A DNA stretch of 64,000 bases from positions 45,050 to 109,049 of the forward strand of contig DHVE01000129.1 in the NCBI GenBank assembly GCA_002412495.1, in the 5' to 3' direction. Of this stretch, positions 17,794 through 26,026 are shown in pieces. Both the position numbers and the translations under genes were made by a program. The notes under the pieces are model-generated. The model saw only the letters and a list, made by a program, of their open reading frames with translations, searched no databases and was not told the DNA's origin. Within the stretch, counting starts at the first letter, position 1. Each line of letters begins with the position of its first letter. Source of the DNA: Betaproteobacteria bacterium UBA5216 (GTDB lineage: Bacteria; Pseudomonadota; Gammaproteobacteria; Burkholderiales; SG8-41).

Positions 17794-18852
17794 ATGGCAC
17801 AGGAGATTGAACGCAAGTTCCTGCTGAAGAATGACGCATGGCGCGAACTGGCGCCGGGCACGGCTTACCGGCAGGGTTATCTCAACAGCGCGAAGGAACG
17901 CACGGTTCGCATTCGCACCATCGGCGACAAGGCGTTTCTCACGGTCAAGGGTTTAAACACGGGCGCCACGCGCGCGGAATTCGAGTATCCCATCCCGCTC
18001 GCCGAATGTAACGCAATGCTCGACACGCTGGCGGAAAAACCGCTCATCGAAAAGAAACGCTACAAAATCCCGTACGGTCAATTGACATGGGAAATCGATG
18101 AATTTTTCGGTGACAACCAGGGCCTGATCGTCGCTGAAGTGGAATTGGAGCACGAAGATCAGCCATTCGACAAGCCCGACTGGATCGGCGATGAAGTCAC
18201 CCATGACCCACGCTACTTTAATTCCAATCTCGTCAAACACCCCTACACCCAATGGCACGGCGGCCATATCGTGCCGCGCGCCGAGTTTCGCGTGTTCGGT
18301 CAGGATGTGATCGGCATCGTGAAGCATCGCATGTGGGACGCCGGGGCAGTGCTGCAAAAGGCGCGCGCCATGCCGGCGGAGACCTATTTTATTTCCCGGC
18401 ACACTGATGCGGCCAACGTCAAAGTGCGCGACGGCTTGCTCGACATCAAACTCAAGACGGCGGAAACCCCTGACGGCTACGAGATTTTTCAGCCTGCCGG
18501 GAAGTTTCAGTTCCCCGTGCCGCGGGGTGATCTGGCGGCCATTATCGGGCACCTGAAGGTGAATTTGCAGCTTGATCGCGCCGTGTATTCCTACAATGAA
18601 TTTCTCGCCTTGGTGAACACACATCCCGATCTGGCGCTGGTCACGGTCGAGAAAATGCGTTACGGCTTTACCGTAAAAGGCGTGATCTGCGAATACGCGC
18701 GCGTATTCCTTAATGGCGCGTGCATTGAAACGGCCTGCTGCGAAAGCGAAGACCCCGCAGCCGTCAAACAGGCCGCCGAGGCGCTGGGAATAAGCGCCCT
18801 ACCCAATACAAGCTATTTGAAAGCGGCAAAACGTGTCACGGGAATGCTGTGA
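17794..18852 (+). CDS. CYTH (triphosphate tunnel metalloenzyme) domain protein with an extra ~200-aa C-terminal domain
   Basis: MAQEIERKFLL (EXEXK motif) ...TVRIRT...LTVKG...EFEYPI...KKRYKI...WEIDEFFGDNQGLIVAEVELE is a canonical CYTH. Residues about 160-352 are not a CHAD domain. They show a CYTH-like strand pattern (EFRVFG, VKVRDGLLDIKLK, EKMRYGFTVKG, ETACCESED). Confidence 0.8.
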   Translation: MAQEIERKFLLKNDAWRELAPGTAYRQGYLNSAKERTVRIRTIGDKAFLTVKGLNTGATRAEFEYPIPLAECNAMLDTLAEKPLIEKKRYKIPYGQLTWEIDEFFGDNQGLIVAEVELEHEDQPFDKPDWIGDEVTHDPRYFNSNLVKHPYTQWHGGHIVPRAEFRVFGQDVIGIVKHRMWDAGAVLQKARAMPAETYFISRHTDAANVKVRDGLLDIKLKTAETPDGYEIFQPAGKFQFPVPRGDLAAIIGHLKVNLQLDRAVYSYNEFLALVNTHPDLALVTVEKMRYGFTVKGVICEYARVFLNGACIETACCESEDPAAVKQAAEALGISALPNTSYLKAAKRVTGML

Positions 18853-18879
18853 TCCCCGCCTAATGTAAAAGGAAACGCC

Positions 18880-20478
18880 ATGAGCCAATCCCCCCCCGTA
18901 ACAACCGCCCCTGTCACTGCGCCGCCATTCGACCCGTTGGACATGCGCAACTACGGCCTCGAAAAGCTCCAGGATATCCAGGCCGGCCCCTGGATGAGCC
19001 GCGCGAAGTTTATCGGCGTGCCGCTGGCGATCCTGGCCTTTTTGTTCTTCCATTTTCAGTGGTGCGGCCCGATCGCAATATTCGATTCAGCCAAACTGGC
19101 AAAAGGCGTGGAGCTATCGTATCTCTATAGCGCGACCGGCATTTTTGCGTTCTCGCTGATTTTGTGGATGACCGAATCGATCCCGAGTTATCTCACGTCG
19201 TTTGTCATCATCGTGGCCGTGGTGCTGATCGGCATCCTGCCCATGCGCACTTCGTTCGCTTATCTCGGCGAGCCGGTGATGGTGCTCAACATCGCGAGTT
19301 TCATCATGGCGAGCGCGCTGGTGGTCACTGGACTGGCCAAGCGCATTTCGCTACTTCTGGTGCTCAAATGGGGTAACCGGCTGAACGGCATATTCTGGGC
19401 ATTCATCGTCCTGAACATTGTGCTCGGCGCATTCATCAGCGCCACCTCTGCGAAAACCGCACTGCTGTTGCCGATGTTCATGGTGATCTCGGCGATGTAC
19501 GGCGCATTCGGCGGCACGCTGCGCAACAATGTCGGGCGCAATCTGGTGCTGCAAAATTTGCTCGCCAACAACGTCTCCGCCAGCGCGTTTATCACCGGCT
19601 CCGCGGCCAACCTGCTGGCGGCGCAGTTGATGGAAAAAGCCGGCGCCAAGGTGTTCTACGGCGACTGGCTGATCGCGATGCTGCCGTTTTGCCTGCTGCA
19701 ATGTGCAATCGCCTGGTATACCGGCGTGAAATGGATACTGCCGGTCAGTGAAGCCGAAAGCAAGCCGCACCTTGAAGGCGGGCTGGAACGCCTGCGCGAG
19801 GAATTGCATAAACTCGGCCCCATCACATGGGATGAAATCCGCGCAGCGATTATTTTTCTGACCGTGCTGGTGTTGTGGGCCACCGACAATCTGCATGGTA
19901 TCAAGGCTGAAGTCGTTGCCGTCGCGGGCGCCATCGCGGTACTGCTGCCGGCGTTTTCGGGCCTCAAGCGGCTCGGCGTCATCAACTGGAATCAGGCCGA
20001 TATCCCGTGGCACATGCTGATGTTCAGTTGGGGCGCGTATGTGCTGGGCGGCATGATGGAAAAAACCACCATTATCGATCTGGCTGTGGCGGAGTTCTTC
20101 AAATCGTGGGGCATCACCGCGGACACGCCCAAGGTGACGGTGTTCATCGTGATGGCGCTGCTGTTCGGCCTGACCACACTGGTCAGCGAAAGCAAGACCG
20201 CGCGCACCATCATCATGTTCCCGATCCTGATCGCCACCGCCAAGAAGTTCGGCTGGGACATCGTCGGATTTTGCCTGCCGATGGCGTATCTAATCAATCA
20301 GGTCTACGTGTTCTATTTCAATTCCAAACCCGCCAACATCAGCTACCTGACGAACCAGTATTCCACCTGGGACGGCTTCAAGTTCGGCATGGTTCAGTTG
20401 CTGCTCATTATTGTGCTGCTGGTGCCGTGGACCCACTACGTAATGCCGTTGATGGGCTTCAAGAGCCAGCTTTGGTAA
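18880..20478 (+). CDS. Ion-transporter superfamily permease (DASS/SLC13- or ArsB/NhaD-like anion transporter)
   Basis: 532 aa with about 12-14 helices and inverted-repeat architecture, including SATSAKTALLLPM and VSESKTARTIIMFPI hairpin-like motifs. Substrate not inferable. Confidence 0.65.
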   Translation: MSQSPPVTTAPVTAPPFDPLDMRNYGLEKLQDIQAGPWMSRAKFIGVPLAILAFLFFHFQWCGPIAIFDSAKLAKGVELSYLYSATGIFAFSLILWMTESIPSYLTSFVIIVAVVLIGILPMRTSFAYLGEPVMVLNIASFIMASALVVTGLAKRISLLLVLKWGNRLNGIFWAFIVLNIVLGAFISATSAKTALLLPMFMVISAMYGAFGGTLRNNVGRNLVLQNLLANNVSASAFITGSAANLLAAQLMEKAGAKVFYGDWLIAMLPFCLLQCAIAWYTGVKWILPVSEAESKPHLEGGLERLREELHKLGPITWDEIRAAIIFLTVLVLWATDNLHGIKAEVVAVAGAIAVLLPAFSGLKRLGVINWNQADIPWHMLMFSWGAYVLGGMMEKTTIIDLAVAEFFKSWGITADTPKVTVFIVMALLFGLTTLVSESKTARTIIMFPILIATAKKFGWDIVGFCLPMAYLINQVYVFYFNSKPANISYLTNQYSTWDGFKFGMVQLLLIIVLLVPWTHYVMPLMGFKSQLW

Positions 20479-20491
20479 CCGCGAAACGTCC

Positions 20492-21193
20492 ATGAGCGGA
20501 CTCCATGCCCTTGAGTCCAGCCTGATCCCCATCGCGCACATGGCAGCCGCCCTTGCGGCGGGTGGCGCAATCGGGCTGGAGCGCACGTTTCACGGGCGTG
20601 CGGCGGGTTTTCGCACCTACGCGCTGGTGTGCATGGGATCGGCGATGGCCATGCTGGTCGCCACCTTTCCCAACCCGTGGCTCGGTTCGGGCGCGAACAA
20701 CGCGGGCGACGTGACACGCGTGGTGCAAGGCATTCTGACCGGCATCGGCTTCCTGGGTGCCGGCGTGATCGTCAAATACGGATTTTCCGTACGCGGACTG
20801 ACAACGGCCGCGTCCATCTGGACCACTGCGGTCATCGGCGTGTTGATCGGCTCGCGCTATTACTGGGAAGCCGCCGCCAGTGTACTGCTCGTGCTCGGCG
20901 CTTTGTCGGTGTTTCGCCACATCGAAGACCAGCTCGAAAAGGAAAACTTCGCCCAGGTCAAGCTGGGCGTGACGCGGGAACCCGGCCTTGCCTTGCGGGA
21001 CATCGCCGCGCTGTTCGCGCAGGCGAACGTACGCATCGAGGAAGTCGCCTACGGGCTGGAGAAGAATCGCTCCGTACTGGATTACGAATACGTCGTTTCC
21101 ACCCTGAAGCCTGAAAACCTTGCCCTGCTCGCCGAACTGCTGACTTTGCAGACAGCCGTGACCCGTTTTCACATCTCGCCCAGTCATGATTAA
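20492..21193 (+). CDS. mgtC: MgtC/SapB family protein with C-terminal ACT-like soluble domain
   Basis: AAGGAIGLERTFHGRAAGFRTYALVCMGSA...GILTGIGFLGAGVIVK...GLTTAASIWTTAVIG. Confidence 0.85.
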   Translation: MSGLHALESSLIPIAHMAAALAAGGAIGLERTFHGRAAGFRTYALVCMGSAMAMLVATFPNPWLGSGANNAGDVTRVVQGILTGIGFLGAGVIVKYGFSVRGLTTAASIWTTAVIGVLIGSRYYWEAAASVLLVLGALSVFRHIEDQLEKENFAQVKLGVTREPGLALRDIAALFAQANVRIEEVAYGLEKNRSVLDYEYVVSTLKPENLALLAELLTLQTAVTRFHISPSHD

Positions 21194-21205
21194 CGCGGCG
21201 CCAAC

Positions 21206-22165
21206 ATGAAATACAAGGACTACTACCAAACACTGGGCGTGGCGCGCGATGCCAGCGCGGCCGATATCAAGAAGGCGTATCGCAAGCTTGCGCACAAGTA
21301 CCATCCCGATGTATCCAAGCTCGCGGATGCAAAGGAAAAATTCCAAGAAATCGGTGAAGCTTATGAAACCCTGAAGGACGCGACGAAGCGCGCGGCCTAC
21401 GACGAACTCGGCAGCAATTACCATGCGGGGCAGGATTTCCGCCCGCCACCGGATTGGGGCAGAACACACGGCGATGCCCATGCGGCATTTGATGACATGG
21501 ACTTGTCGGATTTGTTTGCGAGCTTGTCTGGGCGGCGCCATGGCAGCCGGGCACACGGCGGCGCACGGGATGCGCCGTTCCCGATTCCTGGGCAGGACTT
21601 CGAAGTGCCGGCCGAAATCACGCTGGAGCAAGCCGCGCATGGCACCGAATTCGAGGTACATCTTACGGTGCCGGAACCAGGCGCGGAAGGTTATTTGCGC
21701 CGGGTGCCGCGCACATTCAAGGCGCGCATCGCCAAGGGCGCCAGTGAAGGTCAGCGGCTGCGTCTGCCCGGCAAAGGCGGCAAGGGTTTGGGCGGCGGAC
21801 GCGACGGCGATTTATATCTCATCATTCATTTGTTGCCCCACCCGCTGTTCCGCGCCAGCGGCCATGATCTTTATATTGATCTGCCGCTTGCACCGTGGGA
21901 AGCCGCGCTCGGCGCCACGGTGGAAGTGCCGACGTTACACGGCGCGGTGCATCTAAAGGTGCGCCCCGGCACACGCAGCGGGCAAAAACTGCGGCTGGCC
22001 AAACGTGGGCTGCCGCATCCGCACGAAGGTTCCGGCGACCTCTACGCCGTGGTGCAACTGGTGCTGCCCGCGGAATTGAGCGCGCATGAACGTGCTCTGC
22101 TGCAACAACTGGCGGATGGATCATCTTTCGATCCTCGTGCTCACTTTAAGGCGGAGGCAGCATGA
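21206..22165 (+). CDS. cbpA: Curved-DNA-binding DnaJ-like co-chaperone CbpA
   Basis: J domain [32 protein letters not shown]. No zinc-finger region, and DnaJ C-terminal domains are present. Confidence 0.9.
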   Translation: MKYKDYYQTLGVARDASAADIKKAYRKLAHKYHPDVSKLADAKEKFQEIGEAYETLKDATKRAAYDELGSNYHAGQDFRPPPDWGRTHGDAHAAFDDMDLSDLFASLSGRRHGSRAHGGARDAPFPIPGQDFEVPAEITLEQAAHGTEFEVHLTVPEPGAEGYLRRVPRTFKARIAKGASEGQRLRLPGKGGKGLGGGRDGDLYLIIHLLPHPLFRASGHDLYIDLPLAPWEAALGATVEVPTLHGAVHLKVRPGTRSGQKLRLAKRGLPHPHEGSGDLYAVVQLVLPAELSAHERALLQQLADGSSFDPRAHFKAEAA

Positions 22166-22503
22166 GCATCGAAATAATCGAAGCGTGTGACGTCATTTGG
22201 CTGGACGAGCGTCAAGAATTGCCACTCGCGGCATTGGCGGACCTGTCGGGACTGCCGCTCTCCGAACTGCAACAACTGGTGGAGTGCGAAACCCTGACGC
22301 CTGTCAACAGCGTTGAACCAGCGGCGGAAGCTCGCTTCGGCGCCCGGAGTATTGCGCTCGCGCGCGCCGCGTCACGCCTGCGTCACGATTTCGATCTCGA
22401 CGGGAACGGACTGGCCTTGACGTTGCGGCTGCTTAATCGCGTCCACGAACTCGAGGCGGAACTGCGCGACCTTCGGGCGCAGTGGCCGCAAATAACGCGT
22501 TAG
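22162..22503 (+). CDS. cbpM: Chaperone modulator CbpM (MerR-like)
   Basis: 4-nt overlap with cbpA and a 113-aa size. Synteny and pattern are typical of CbpM. Confidence 0.75.
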   Translation: MSIEIIEACDVIWLDERQELPLAALADLSGLPLSELQQLVECETLTPVNSVEPAAEARFGARSIALARAASRLRHDFDLDGNGLALTLRLLNRVHELEAELRDLRAQWPQITR

Positions 22504-22551
22504 AACGCAGTCGGAACAACGCGTGGTTATCGGCGTTTTCCCTCTTGCCCG

Positions 22552-23154
22552 CTAACGACGCTCGTTTTTGATCTCGCGCGCCAGCGCACGACGGAACTGT
22601 TCGAGCTTGGCGTGGTAGTCGGCGGCCTCGCCGTATGCGAGAAATCGCGCATAACGCGCATGCGAACCGAGCACCTTGCGCGCATGCTTGATGGGACAAA
22701 AATACTGCTCGGTCCGCGCCACGATCTCGCTCATATAAGCCATCAGTCCATTCGCGTAGGCACAGTAGGTGCAGTGAAACCGCTCGAACCAGTTCAGATA
22801 TTCCAGATGCCTGCGATCATAGACAAAATAATCTTCACGCCGCGCCTTGGCAATTTTGTACACCGGAAAACAGATGGCCTGATACCCCGTGACGCACAAG
22901 TCAGCCAGTGCCAGGGGAATAACCAAAAAATAAATCACCGGCCCGGTCAAAAAATTCTGCGGGCGATCCGTCACTATCCAATGAAAAATGCCGCGCTTCA
23001 GTTTGCGATGCGCCGAACGAATCTTGCCCTCGAATTCGACGCGCTTGCCGTCGATCTGATAAAACAGGCGCGTCTCCTGTTCATGAAGCACCGTTCGCAG
23101 CTCATTCTCCAGAGCCGTGATTTGGGTCAATAAGTGCCGGACTTTATTTTCCAT
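22552..23154 (-). CDS. Conserved-looking hypothetical membrane protein with Cys/His motif
   Basis: N-terminal coiled coil, one or two TM helices (PVIYFLVIPLALADLCVTGYQAICF), then FHCTYCAYANG...YFCPIKH. No family recognised. Confidence 0.5.
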   Translation of the reverse strand: MENKVRHLLTQITALENELRTVLHEQETRLFYQIDGKRVEFEGKIRSAHRKLKRGIFHWIVTDRPQNFLTGPVIYFLVIPLALADLCVTGYQAICFPVYKIAKARREDYFVYDRRHLEYLNWFERFHCTYCAYANGLMAYMSEIVARTEQYFCPIKHARKVLGSHARYARFLAYGEAADYHAKLEQFRRALAREIKNERR

Positions 23155-23252
23155 GGTGAATCCCTTTCTGCGCACGAAGCCTCAAAAGCCGTCTCGGCCA
23201 AGCTGCATTAGACGCCATGCAATACGCGTCGAACAAGCCTATTTGCAGCCGG

Positions 23253-23266
23253 TTGATGTATATCAA
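23253..23266. promoter_or_regulatory. FNR box TTGATGTATATCAA (perfect half-sites)
   Basis: Divergent region between 23154(-) and 23356(+). Predicted leaders are about 64 nt and 55 nt. Confidence 0.65.
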
Positions 23267-23355
23267 GCGCACGAGCAGGATATGACGTAGTGTCCATCGC
23301 GGTATTCCGTGTTTCCTGGTAGAGGACTCGCACCCACCCGGTAGTCGTTGCCGCC

Positions 23356-23853
23356 ATGTTAAAAGCCGCTCAACTCCTTTACCTGATGCTGCCGGCGTTC
23401 GCAGCCAACATGGCGCCGCCGTTCGTAAAGTATTGGCACGGATGGAATCGCCCAATCAGTGAACGATGGCTCGGCAGCCACAAGACCATCATCGGATTCT
23501 CCGCCGGCATCGTGGCGGCCATCGTCACCACATTCGTGCAATCACGAATCGACTGGAGCGGCGCGCTGATTTCTTACGCGGACTGGCCGATGCTCGGCGC
23601 GGCGATGGGCTTGGGCGCGATGAGCGGCGACGCGATGAAGAGTTTGTTCAAGCGCCGGCTCGGCATTGCGCCGGGCGCCTCGTGGATTCCCGCGGATCAA
23701 CTGGACTACGTGATGGGTGCGCTGATAGGCCTGTGGTTCTGGATACGTCTGGATTGGCAAGATGGTTTGCTGCTGTTTGCCCTGAGTTTCGCGGGGCACG
23801 TCATCGTCAATCACATGGCGTTTTACCTGAACATCCGCGATACACGATGGTAG
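23356..23853 (+). CDS. CDP-archaeol synthase-like protein (CarS / DUF46 family)
   Basis: LPAFAANMAPPF, LGSHKTIIGF, GDAMKSLFKRRLGIAPGASWIPADQLDYVMGAL and a C-terminal ...W parallel archaeal CarS motifs (LPAY.AN..P, G..KT.RG, GD...SF.KRR.GI..G...P..DQLDF). Confidence 0.75.
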   Translation: MLKAAQLLYLMLPAFAANMAPPFVKYWHGWNRPISERWLGSHKTIIGFSAGIVAAIVTTFVQSRIDWSGALISYADWPMLGAAMGLGAMSGDAMKSLFKRRLGIAPGASWIPADQLDYVMGALIGLWFWIRLDWQDGLLLFALSFAGHVIVNHMAFYLNIRDTRW

Positions 23854-23904
23854 AGCTATTCAATTTAAAAACAATAGGTTACGACCTCTCGTCGTCATCC
23901 AACG

Positions 23905-25263
23905 CTACGCTTCACGCGACACCAGTCCGCTGCGCTGCAAATAGTCCTCCACCAGCCCGCCGAGACCGGGTGTTTCAAGCTCGGCGAACTCGTAACGCGC
24001 GCGAATAACCGGCTTGTTAACCGCGATCAACGCCGTGAGGTCCATGGGCGTGGCCGACACCACCACATCCGCCGGCGATGCATTGATGGTTTGCGCGAGC
24101 CCCGCCAGTTGCTCCGGGTTGTAACCCATCGCGGGCAACACCGCCCCGAGCCGCGGATACGCGGCATACACAGCGGCGATCTCCGGCGCCGCATAAGGGC
24201 GCGGATCCACGATTGTGGCCGCCCCCGCGCGCATCGCGGCCACATGGCCCGCGCCATACGCCATGCCGCCGTGGGTGGTGGTCGGTCCGTCCTCGATGAC
24301 CAGCACGCGGCGGCCCTTCACGGCGGACTCGTCATCCAGCCGCACGGGGGATCCAGCGCGCACGATGGGCGCGCTCGCATGAATGCGCCGCACGTTATGC
24401 ATCACACGCCGCACATCCGCCGTTGGCGCGGCATCGCTTTTTGCCACCACCACCACGTCCGCCATGCGCAGTACGGCTTCACCCGGATGATGTGTATCCT
24501 CCTGACCGGGCCGCAACGCGTCCACCAACACGATATGAAAATCGGGCTTGATGAAGGGAAAATCATTGTTGCCGCCATCCCACAAAATCACGTCGGCGGC
24601 AGACTGCGCCAGCGCCAGCACGCGCGCATAATCAACACCCGCGTAGACGATATTGCCGGCGGCAAGATGCGGCTCGTATTCCTCGCGCTCTTCCAGCGTG
24701 CATCCAGCGGCAGCGATATCGGCGCGCGTGGCGAAACGCTGCACCGCCTGTTTCGCCAGATCACCGTAGGGCATCGGATGGCGTATCACCGCAACCCGCA
24801 ACTCGTGATGGCGCAGCAATGCCGACAACCAGCGCGCAGTCTGCGACTTGCCGCAGCCGGTGCGCACCGCCGATATGGCGATAACCGGTATGCCCGCCTT
24901 CAACATCGTTCGCGCGGGACCGAGCAATTTGAAATCCGCGCCCAGCGCCAGCGCGCGCGAGGCCGCATGCATCACCTGTCCATGCGTCACATCGCTATAC
25001 GCGAACACCACCTGATCGAAACGATGCCTGCCCCGAAACGATTCGAGGCTGCGCTCCTTGATAATGGGAATGCCTCGCGGGTACAAACTGCCCGCCAGCC
25101 CGGGCGGATAACGCCGCCCCGCGATGCCCTCGATCTGCGCGGCCGTAAACGCCACCACCTCGTACGCGGGGTTGTCGCGGTACACCATGTTGAAGTTATG
25201 AAAGTCGCGCCCCGCCGCGCCAAGAATCACAACGCGGGTACGCGTGGCATTATCTGGGTTCAT
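23905..25263 (-). CDS. COG2403 P-loop protein (cyclic 2,3-diphosphoglycerate synthetase-like / predicted GTPase)
   Basis: VVILGAAGRDFHNFNMVYRDNPAYEVVAFTAAQI...VVFAYSDVTHGQVMH...AVRTGCGKSQT matches the family N-terminus and Walker A as remembered. Confidence 0.65.
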   Translation of the reverse strand: MNPDNATRTRVVILGAAGRDFHNFNMVYRDNPAYEVVAFTAAQIEGIAGRRYPPGLAGSLYPRGIPIIKERSLESFRGRHRFDQVVFAYSDVTHGQVMHAASRALALGADFKLLGPARTMLKAGIPVIAISAVRTGCGKSQTARWLSALLRHHELRVAVIRHPMPYGDLAKQAVQRFATRADIAAAGCTLEEREEYEPHLAAGNIVYAGVDYARVLALAQSAADVILWDGGNNDFPFIKPDFHIVLVDALRPGQEDTHHPGEAVLRMADVVVVAKSDAAPTADVRRVMHNVRRIHASAPIVRAGSPVRLDDESAVKGRRVLVIEDGPTTTHGGMAYGAGHVAAMRAGAATIVDPRPYAAPEIAAVYAAYPRLGAVLPAMGYNPEQLAGLAQTINASPADVVVSATPMDLTALIAVNKPVIRARYEFAELETPGLGGLVEDYLQRSGLVSREA

Positions 25264-25408
25264 CGGTTTTCTGTATCTGCGTTTACCACCATGAAGCGTT
25301 CATCTTCCCGTGCCTGGATAGGCTTATACAAGCTGTAAACAGAGATTAATCTACTCTGAACCCGGCCCCGGCACTTTGCGCTGAATCAACGCGCATGCAC
25401 GACGCATC

Positions 25409-26014
25409 CTATCCAGCCTGTATCTGCCGCACAAACGCCTCGATGCCTCGCAGCAGCATTTCCACCGCAATCGCGGTGAGCAGTAATCCCATCAGCCGCT
25501 CCAGCGCCAGCAGGCCGCGCTCGCCAATCCAGGCGCTGATGCGTTCGGCAAACAGCAGCAGCACCATCGTCATCGCCATTGCTGCCGTGAGCGCGAGAAT
25601 CCAGTCGCCCATGCGTTCGGGCGAGCGTGACGCCATCAGTATCACCGTCGCCATGGCGGTGGGACCGGCAATGGCGGGTATCGCGAGCGGAACGATAAAA
25701 GGCTCGCCGGCAAGCGTGTCGCCAAACACCCCCTCCGGGTGCTTGAAAATAATTCGTAGCGCAATCAGAAACAGAATCACGCCGCCGGCGATATTAAGCG
25801 ACGAATCCGACAGCCCCAGCAGCTTCAACAGGCGCTCACCGAAAAACACGAACACCACCAGCACCCCATAGGCAATCACGCACTCGCGTATGACAATGAT
25901 GACGCGCCGGCGCGAGTCGATGTTTTTCAGCAGCGAAACAAAAATGGGGATATTGCCGAGTGGATCCATCACCAGCAGCAGGATTACAACGGCGGAGGTT
26001 ACGGAGACTTCCAT
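25409..26014 (-). CDS. MarC family (UPF0056) integral membrane protein
   Basis: LLLVMDPLGNIPIFVSLL...IAGGVILFLIAL...PLAIPAIAGPTAMATVIL. Confidence 0.85.
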   Translation of the reverse strand: MEVSVTSAVVILLLVMDPLGNIPIFVSLLKNIDSRRRVIIVIRECVIAYGVLVVFVFFGERLLKLLGLSDSSLNIAGGVILFLIALRIIFKHPEGVFGDTLAGEPFIVPLAIPAIAGPTAMATVILMASRSPERMGDWILALTAAMAMTMVLLLFAERISAWIGERGLLALERLMGLLLTAIAVEMLLRGIEAFVRQIQAG

Positions 26015-26026
26015 CGCGCCGCGTCT

